This document shows, in pieces, positions 60,581 to 64,000 of a DNA stretch of 64,000 nucleotides. The notes under the pieces are model-generated. The model searched no databases. It was not told the DNA's origin and was given only the letters and a program-made list of their open reading frames with translations. Numbering within the stretch: position 1 is the first letter of the stretch; every line of letters begins with the position of its first letter. The stretch lies in assembly GCF_902713615.1 (NCBI RefSeq), contig NC_052149.1, positions 75,076,543 through 75,140,542 of the forward strand, read 5' to 3'. The translations under genes and the position numbers were made by a program. The DNA comes from Scyliorhinus canicula. Taxonomy: Eukaryota.

Positions 60581-61958
60581 TAGTTTTTTTTCCTTTTACA
60601 AAAGTCCAGCTGCGGTTTCTCCAACGGTGGGATCCTCCGCTTCGCCAGTAGCGCACCCACGGGTTTCCCGACGGCATGGATGGCCATAACGGGAAACCCC
60701 ATTGGCCGACTGCTGGAACGGAGGATCCCACTGCCGGCGAGGGCACGCCACTTTGGAAGACGAGGCTAGTGGGACGGACAGTCCTGCCCCAACTCTTACT
60801 AATTTCCAAGGATCTTAAGTGATAGAATATTATTTATGGTCTTATCACAAATATTAATTAGTTTGGTAACTTAGTCCTGCAGTCCTCTTAGATTCTACTA
60901 CAGGAGAATTTACTTCAAGGAAACAAATCCCCAAACACTCAAATTAATGACAGCACTTAGAAGATTGATAGATTTAAGTATCTTGGTCTGCATTTCAAAG
61001 CTTATTTTGAAGACCTTTACTTGGCCTCCCCCCACAACCTCCCCAAATTTTCTTTAGGCATTGACTACTTCCTGGGACCAGAGGCAAAAGCCACACATTC
61101 TTGTACTTCTCCCAAATGGTAATTATTCATGTGCCAGTTTTGACAGGGAGTGCTGGAAGGTTATTTGGCCTCGCAGCCATTATTCAAATCAGATCCTGAA
61201 ATCTGATATACTTTTTTTTTTAGACTTTATAAATCAGGGGCAAAGGTTTACAATGTGCTGAGGAAACGTAGTCACTAAAGGTTTCAGCCCACCTTCACAA
61301 AAAGCCATTTATTTGTTCTGTGTAATTATCGGGCTTGACAGACAGGAAACATCATGTATACTACCTTCATTAAGCTTTTCTTAGAGGGGTGAGATGATAA
61401 ATTGTTGGCTACAGAATAATCCAAATGATTTTCTGGTCTATTGCAATGGCAGGATTCCCAACCTGAAATGATATATTCATTGCGATCCAACAGCAGAGAT
61501 TGTTTTGCACCGCCAAGATTGTTTTTACTTTGATTTTGTGAAAAATTTTACTCTTTGAAACACCTTTTAGTCATTTCAACTAAGATCAATTTTTCAGTTC
61601 CTTTGCTGCGCCACAAGGACCCAAAGCAGAAATTGCAGCAACTCAGTGTGGGAGGGAGGAAGGGAAGAGAGAATGGGCATCCTGCCATGCTCACAAAATC
61701 TGCTGTATTTATAGTGCCAATCTGATAAACTGGACAAACCAATATATTAGCACATGCATACATATCTTTGGTTTGTCTAAATAAATTGCACTTTGAGTGA
61801 CCTGGTTCCTTGTTTCATGGCCTATTTTTACCCCATCCCATCTCCAGTACACATTTGTTTCCACACCGCAAATCTAATTTGTCCGCTACAGCAAGAAACA
61901 GACAAGTCACACCTCCACAGCTAAGCCCACGATATAATGGTTTAAATTGGAGTGAGCT

Positions 61959-62312
61959 GGGGGCAACACGGTAGCATTGTGGATAGCACAATTGCTTCAC
62001 AGCTCCAGGGTCCCAGGTTCGATTCCGGCTTGGGTCACTGTCTGTGCGGAGTCTGCACATCCTCCCAGTGTGTGCGTGGGTTTCTTCCGGATGCTCCGGT
62101 TTCCTCCCACAGTCCAAAGATGTGCGGGTTAGGTGGATTGGCTATGATAAATTGCCCTTTGTGTCCAAAATTGCCCTTAGTGTTGGGTGGGGTTGCTGAG
62201 TTATGGGGATAGGGTGGAGGTGTTGACCTTGGGTAGGGGGTAGGGTGCTCTTTCCAAGAGCCGGTGCAGACTCGATGGGCCGAATGGCCTCCTTCTGCAC
62301 TGTAAAATCTTT
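61959..62312 (+). mobile_element. HE1-like V-SINE, full length
   Basis: Head, V-domain and CR1 tail. Confidence 0.9.
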
Positions 62313-62399
62313 GTATTTATACCTCTTGGGTACACTGGCAAAAGAAGTGGACTGCTTGTCCACTTCATAGCAAGGCTACAGGATCACGAGAATTGAAGA

Positions 62400-62550
62400 A
62401 AATTTTGTTGAAGCTTTTTGTCTTGCACTCATCAGAACAATCACAAGAATAACAATGTCAGACAAAACAACAACTTAATGCTGTATGAGACGAGAGTGCC
62501 GATTGGTTGTCAAGTGAACTCGGTTTGGTAGAGGCATTGCCATGGAGAAT
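62400..62550 (-). mobile_element. Penelope-like fragment with hammerhead motif (62405-62440)
   Basis: UUGUU-CUGAUGA-GU(GCAAG)AC-AAAA-AGCU-UC/AACAA on the minus strand. Confidence 0.65.
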
Positions 62551-62554
62551 CCCT

Positions 62555-64000
62555 ATTGTGGGGAACAGCACAGAAAATGGGCCAAACGTGTTGCAAGGGA
62601 GCCCATTGTCTGCTTCTGTAGCCCCTGTTTAAAAGTCTGGACTGCTCTTTCGGCCAAACCATTTGAAGCCGGGTGATATGGTGTTGTGCGGATCTATCGG
62701 ATCCAATTGGTCTGCATAAAAGAACAGAATTTGGCACAGGTGAATGCCGTTCCATTGTTAGAGACGAGCACATCTGGAATGACGTGCGCACTAATCGTTT
62801 AGCAAAGCAGCTCGACCGTGACCTTCGAGGTCATCGCCTGCATTCGGTGGACCTCTATCCATTTGGAGTGAGCTGCGACTATTATCCAAACACGACCCCT
62901 GGAAAGACCCGGCGTAGTTAGACATAGAACATTACAGCGCAGTACAGGCCCTACGGCCCAGGATGTTGCGCCATCCTGTGAAACCCCTCTAAAGTCCCTC
63001 TACACTACACTGGGATGCTGTGACAGGCAACAAGTCCATAAAGTGTAGGGCGATATGACTTAATTGGCCAATGTGGGTGCCGGTGGCCTGGTTGGGAGGG
63101 GGAGGCAAATCAAACATCAGCGTGGGGAACCCTCTCCCCAAGGCGGTGGTTCAGCACATTCACAGGTCACCAACAGCAACCCCGAACATTGAATCCGCGC
63201 GGAAGCGATGGGAGGAATCGCCCTGTCTTCTTTAAACAGCCTGAGCAAATGCTTGTGGTTAGCACTGTATAAGCATGGCCATAAATGTACTGGTGGAATT
63301 TCTTGACGACAAATACCTCATCCAGTCCTCCTTTTCAGTTTGGGTGTATTTTGCTCGGTTATAGCGAGCGTCCAAGAGGCGAATGCGATGGGGCGCTATT
63401 TCCCGTCATCCATGCAGTGACGCAAGACTGCCCAAATGCTGCAAGGCGACGTGTCTCAAGTGAGCAGCAGCAGTTTGCCGGGGTCGTCAGCTACTTCTTC
63501 ACCTCTAGGAAAGCTGAGCCCATTCCCATGGCTGGTCTTTTTCCAACCATCGATGCAGGGGAGCCAGGAGGGTCGCAAGGTTCGGGATGACATTTCCATA
63601 ATAATTATCAAGCTCCAAAAAAGAACAGAGCTCCGTCAGTCCTTCTGGGATGGGGGCCTGTCGGATCACCGACACCTTGTACTCGACCGAGTGAAAGCTG
63701 TGGCGGTCCACGCAGTTACCCAAGTACATACCTTCAGCGGCGTGGAACGTGTGCTTTCTTTTCTGCGGTTCCGAATTCTGGCACCCGAAAACTGCTGGAG
63801 AACCTTGGCATGGTTCTGTAAATGCCCCTGGTCCGAGGCCCCAGTAAACAAGTCTCATAACACCAGGTTAAAGTCCAACACCTGAGGAAAGAGCAGTGCT
63901 CCAAAAGCTAGTGATTCAAAATAAACCTGTTGGACTTTAACCTAACTGTGCTCACCCCAGTCCAACACCGGCATTTCAACATCATGCCCAGTAATCAAAA
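62555..64000 (-). mobile_element. Decayed Gypsy (Ty3) pol remnant: RT end, RNase H, integrase; interrupted by a LINE tail (~62919-63007) and a Penelope repeat
   Basis: LITGASDQGHLQN, ELCSFLELDNYYGNVIPNLATLLAPLH, RPIAFAS, VDYAG, PDVLVSNNGTAFT, TPYHPASNGLAERAVQTFK. Confidence 0.9.
63848..63986 (+). mobile_element. Penelope-like terminal repeat with short inverted 5' duplication, inserted in the Gypsy RT
   Basis: aggttaaagtccaaca / tgttggactttaacct inversion; CTGAGGA..AAAAGCTA core; cccagtaa duplication (63840-63847, 63987-63994). Confidence 0.8.

Noticed and set aside
2441-62312. tRNA genes at A/B-box motifs
   Set aside because: All are SINE heads followed by SINE bodies; no complete cloverleaf seen.
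56800-64000. CACHD1 exon 2 (expected RIFNSFVYTEK...-like peptide)
   Set aside because: No matching minus-strand sequence seen; probably beyond the window end.

Overview
Vertebrate genomic DNA, most likely a shark; the repeat content (HE1-type V-SINEs, Deu-domain SINE, CR1/L1/Penelope) points to an elasmobranch, but the species is my inference. The window lies inside the CACHD1 gene (VWFA and cache domain-containing protein 1, an alpha2delta-like protein) on the minus strand. I traced 18 consecutive coding exons from 56796 down to 4819. They correspond to exons 3-20 by analogy to human and total 2627 nt (875 codons + 2 nt). All have GT-AG introns, matching phases and no stop codons. The signal-peptide exons and the C-terminal TM/tail exons lie outside the window. 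Introns are dense with transposons: a near full-length L1 with a TSD but no RT core, nested CR1s, about 20 tRNA-derived SINEs, two solo LTRs, a Gypsy pol remnant, GC-rich Harbinger-like MITEs and Penelope terminal repeats. There is one 181-N gap. Highlights: (1) three families of Penelope-associated minimal hammerhead ribozyme motifs, one intact inside a perfect 81-bp intronic hairpin and one with a compensatory U3-A8 core; (2) the VWA MIDAS reads DHGAL instead of DHGAS; (3) a 42-bp templated inverted insertion inside a MITE; (4) SINE tail swapping that suggests a CR1-to-L1 partner switch; (5) a sense solo LTR 60 nt from the exon 3 acceptor; (6) a candidate in-frame cassette exon. I found no convincing wholly new protein-coding system.
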